This document shows, in pieces, positions 38,601-40,000 of a stretch of 40,000 nucleotides of DNA. The notes below the pieces were generated by a model, which ran no database searches, was not told where the DNA came from, and was given only the letters and a program-made list of their open reading frames with translations. The stretch is from NCBI GenBank assembly GCA_951812645.1, contig CATOSM010000001.1, positions 63,560 to 103,559 on the forward strand, written 5' to 3'. The translations under genes were made by a program, and so were the position numbers. The stretch's first letter is position 1. Each line of letters starts with the position of its first letter. Origin of the DNA: an uncultured Candidatus Nitrosopumilus sp. Its GTDB lineage: Archaea; Thermoproteota; Nitrososphaeria; Nitrososphaerales; Nitrosopumilaceae.

Positions 38601-38708
38601 ACAGTCCGGGACATCCTAAGGGAGAACTTTGAACCCACGCCAAGTTACAAGGCGTGCATGTTGTGCCCGTATAAGGGCATATGCGATGCCAAGATTGCAA
38701 AGGTGTGA
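35610..38708 (+). CDS. SF1 UvrD/PcrA-type helicase fused to a C-terminal Cas4/AddB-like PD-(D/E)xK Fe-S nuclease
   Basis: Helicase motifs: AGPGSGKT (I), CMTFTEKAAGEM (Ia), YILVDEFQDNN (II), VVGDDDQCIM (III), RNYRS (IV), TMHKSKGKEFPIVF (V) and FYVAVTRAMDELYL (VI). Nuclease motifs: YNDCPLKF, GRIDRLEV, EVVDFKTG, IQLNIYAVA and CMLCPYKGIC. Confidence 0.85.
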   Translation: MVELNQQQMQAALHTDGPLQVVAGPGSGKTLVLTEKIKNLVKAGIEPKSILCMTFTEKAAGEMNRRLKRSEILDVKVSTFHSFAKEILEDNFMESGLSRDAKIFKKISQMVWCVKNTDRFGFNPDYLMIKSNHIQTYTMVLRAIGFFKEEQISPGELGEYVQKSMKMLERSGQGDKEAKEQLKSIHRLREFNKVYAAYEEYREEKGLIDFDDMVIKAIGILEKDEVILQEYLDRFKYILVDEFQDNNFSQLTLIKILGKGGNVTVVGDDDQCIMKFQGAFFGIFRDFQNSFPDFKKIEITRNYRSTRNITRLAGQILDQVQDREPKLLTSEERDGKPIQVVTVKTDRGQMEFVAKTIRSMLGRQLGRSDGSTSPLTYKDIAILSRTNAEGQKFANTLRSLGIPTAFVGETDIFANRAILDVAAFLKIAGSPATSGVEVYRLLRRHGISEQNIAVLTGAAHKKARHVYDGQADFVLDTVRQYMDFRITQKTEIRELIKQIDRVRDIAGRYTTSQTVYETIFEISGVYKKAIRSEEPYDKKNVLLLNKFYEIAQEFQDANPASSVSEFVEYLSIVERFEVEIEDDASEDTVNVLTMHKSKGKEFPIVFVTDLADGRFPGLWRESAFSIPVELMSNKSRDPDSKTLHTNDERRLFYVAVTRAMDELYLLYPKRYSGNVNEKQPSQFLCELDYENNPLIKTVEFEESETFGTGSEDALQRKKESLQMAAAGAIGQGHLATAVHRIVELSRIRYCEDHGNLSGFDPTAILNVDVEELDLSSDVIEKRPPLIDIESFTASASSIRAYNDCPLKFKFQKILRVPQPPSAVLHLGTVIHSAVDEIAKKKAKGKTVSREKALEIVKERWIFRTYPNHTAEDNAMDRAKKMIGTYVEWETSRHNTMVETEMPFEVRIGNVVFTGRIDRLEVNPKGDFEVVDFKTGSSSIARKDAASDIQLNIYAVAVRNLKGKLPAKATLFYVEKDKTVEYDVTDESVRDAVAAIEGTVRDILRENFEPTPSYKACMLCPYKGICDAKIAKV

Positions 38709-38804
38709 TGGTATTTTGGCAGTTTAAGCTAGTGTCTTTTGACATGATCAGCACTGTGGTTTGTGTCTTTAAAATTACGGAATCGGCTCTGTGGAATGTA
38801 CGTC

Positions 38805-39687
38805 CAACTCATCCCAATGCTCTCCAATGCATCATTATAAATGCAAGATACGCAAATCCAGGATAGTTCTCGCATTTCTTTTCATACCTTGCTACAGTTC
38901 TTCCCAACCAGCATCTGAGCCAGGCAAGGAACCTTTCAGCAACAAATCCTGTCTTGTTGCAGACATTTTGCTGATTCTCTGATACAATGAATTTAGAATT
39001 TTTCCTGCAGGAAATGCAACAATTGATTCCTTTGACCTCTCAGATAGTTTCTAATGTATGCGGCATCATAACCCTTGTCTGCATGGGCTGCAGCAATTTC
39101 TTTGATTGTACTGACATCTGCAGGTTCTGAAATTTTTTCATGGTACCGATGAGTTTTGTACTGTCATGAATGTTTGCAGGACTGCACGCAATTAGGATTG
39201 TCAAACCGTTGCTCTCTACTGCGACATGAATCTTTGTACCCCTGATCTTCCTGAACCCGTAACATTTTGTCATGCTGCACCTTTTTTGGCAGCAATTGAT
39301 GAGGAATCAACGGATATTTTTTTCAGGTTGATTTTGTTTTTCTTGTGTGCAGATTTTATCAGTTCGGACATAATCTTCTTTCAGACTCCTCTTTTCTGCA
39401 GATCCTGGAATCGCCTGCCTGTTGATGATTTGGAACCGTGCATTGCAGGCCGGTCAATCCACCTGCAACCGGCAACCAGCAACCAGTACAAAGATGATTG
39501 CATTGATTGTCGTACAGCCGTCACTTCCTGGCCTTCAGCTGTTGCGGGTTTTGGCAGATGCGGTACAATGATACTCCATCGTGAATCTGTCGGTTCTTGA
39601 AATTTGATGAAAGCATGCTGTGTCTGGGAATGGATAGATACGGGTGATCATCAGAAATTGCCTGAATGGTCGGTTTTGGGATCAGTT
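38805..39687 (-). mobile_element. IS5-family copy 4 (883 bp, decayed transposase)
   Basis: The ends are CAACTCATCCCAATGC (38805-) and CGGTTTTGGGATCAGTTCG (-39687). The minus strand reads ..LPKPATAEGQ..LLVAGCRWIDRP..QKRGV-TGA-KKI.. The DDE part is broken by at least 2 further frameshifts. The C-terminus ..KTGFVAERFLAW..HWRALG-stop is still recognisable. Confidence 0.75.
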
Positions 39688-39703
39688 CGTCAATACACTG
39701 CAT

Positions 39704-39713
39704 AAAGTTTATC
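39704..39713 (+). promoter_or_regulatory. candidate BRE/TATA promoter of cas3
   Basis: AAAGTTTATC is centred about 28 nt upstream of ATG 39738 and 17 bp beyond the IS end. The motif is shared with the cas4-cas1 upstream region. Confidence 0.3.
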
Positions 39714-39737
39714 TTTGGATATAAAAAGACAAAAAAT

Positions 39738-40000
39738 ATGGGCAAGTATGAAGGTACGTTTGAGGAATTTTTTAAAAAAGCCACAGGTTTTGCCCCATAT
39801 CCCTATCAGCAGAAATTATCAGGGTTGGACAGCATTCCGGACATTCTCAATATCCCTACAGGTGCGGGAAAAACAGAAGCTACAGTTTTAGGATTATACT
39901 TGTGGAGAATTTTAAATTCCGATGAGAAAGTACGCGAGAATACATCCCGAAGACTTGTGTACTGCCTGCCAATGCGCGTATTGGTAGAACAGACCGTAAA
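39738..40000 (+). CDS. cas3: Cas3-type SF2 helicase, N-terminal 87 codons (runs off the window)
   Basis: My own translation: MGKYEGTFEEFFKKATGFAPYPYQQKLSGLDSIPDILNIPTGAGKTEATVLGLYLWRIL....RRLVYCLPMRVLVEQTV. It shows the F-PYPYQ motif, Walker A PTGAGKT and RRLVY..P.R.LV.Q. The helicase begins at the very N-terminus with no leading HD domain. Confidence 0.7.
   Translation, partial: MGKYEGTFEEFFKKATGFAPYPYQQKLSGLDSIPDILNIPTGAGKTEATVLGLYLWRILNSDEKVRENTSRRLVYCLPMRVLVEQTV

Noticed and set aside
39521-39784. An 87-aa minus-strand ORF spanning the IS copy 4 end and the cas3 start.
   Set aside because: It crosses the IS terminal repeat and the cas3 promoter and start codon on the wrong strand. It has no motif and is spurious.

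Overview
This looks like an archaeal chromosome segment, probably from an ammonia-oxidising thaumarchaeon. That assignment is inferred from gene content: class V FBP aldolase/phosphatase, aEF-1alpha-S10, EndA, RpoP, an archaeal ATP-dependent ligase, an HP/HB-type 3-hydroxybutyryl-CoA dehydrogenase and many small Zn-finger proteins.

Bases 1 to about 22.3 kb hold AT-rich core genes. They are interrupted at 13.1-15.2 kb by two ~875-bp IS5-family copies set tail-to-tail, one apparently intact and one carrying a nonsense codon.

From about 22.3 kb to the window end there is a visibly GC-richer, IS-littered CRISPR-Cas island. In order it contains:
- an IS1595-like fragment and a truncated IS5-like copy
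- a cas4-cas1 fusion, cas2 and a 177-bp leader
- a 10.26-kb CRISPR array, 25234-35497, with 140 identical 36-bp repeats and 139 spacers by manual count
- a 1032-aa UvrD/PcrA-type helicase fused to a Cas4/AddB-like Fe-S PD-(D/E)xK nuclease
- a decayed fourth IS5-like copy
- the 5' end of a helicase-first cas3, which together with the Cas4-Cas1 fusion suggests type I-G/I-U

The most interesting observations:
- The helicase-nuclease is wedged between the array trailer and cas3. It is a candidate dedicated prespacer-generating or accessory module.
- The adaptation-array-helicase cassette is bracketed by same-orientation IS copies.
- The array contains at least 13 families of related spacers. Their differences fall on codon third positions and are synonymous, so the same protein-coding genes were sampled repeatedly from diverged invaders.

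All calls are by eye from the sequence and the ORF track. No searches were run.
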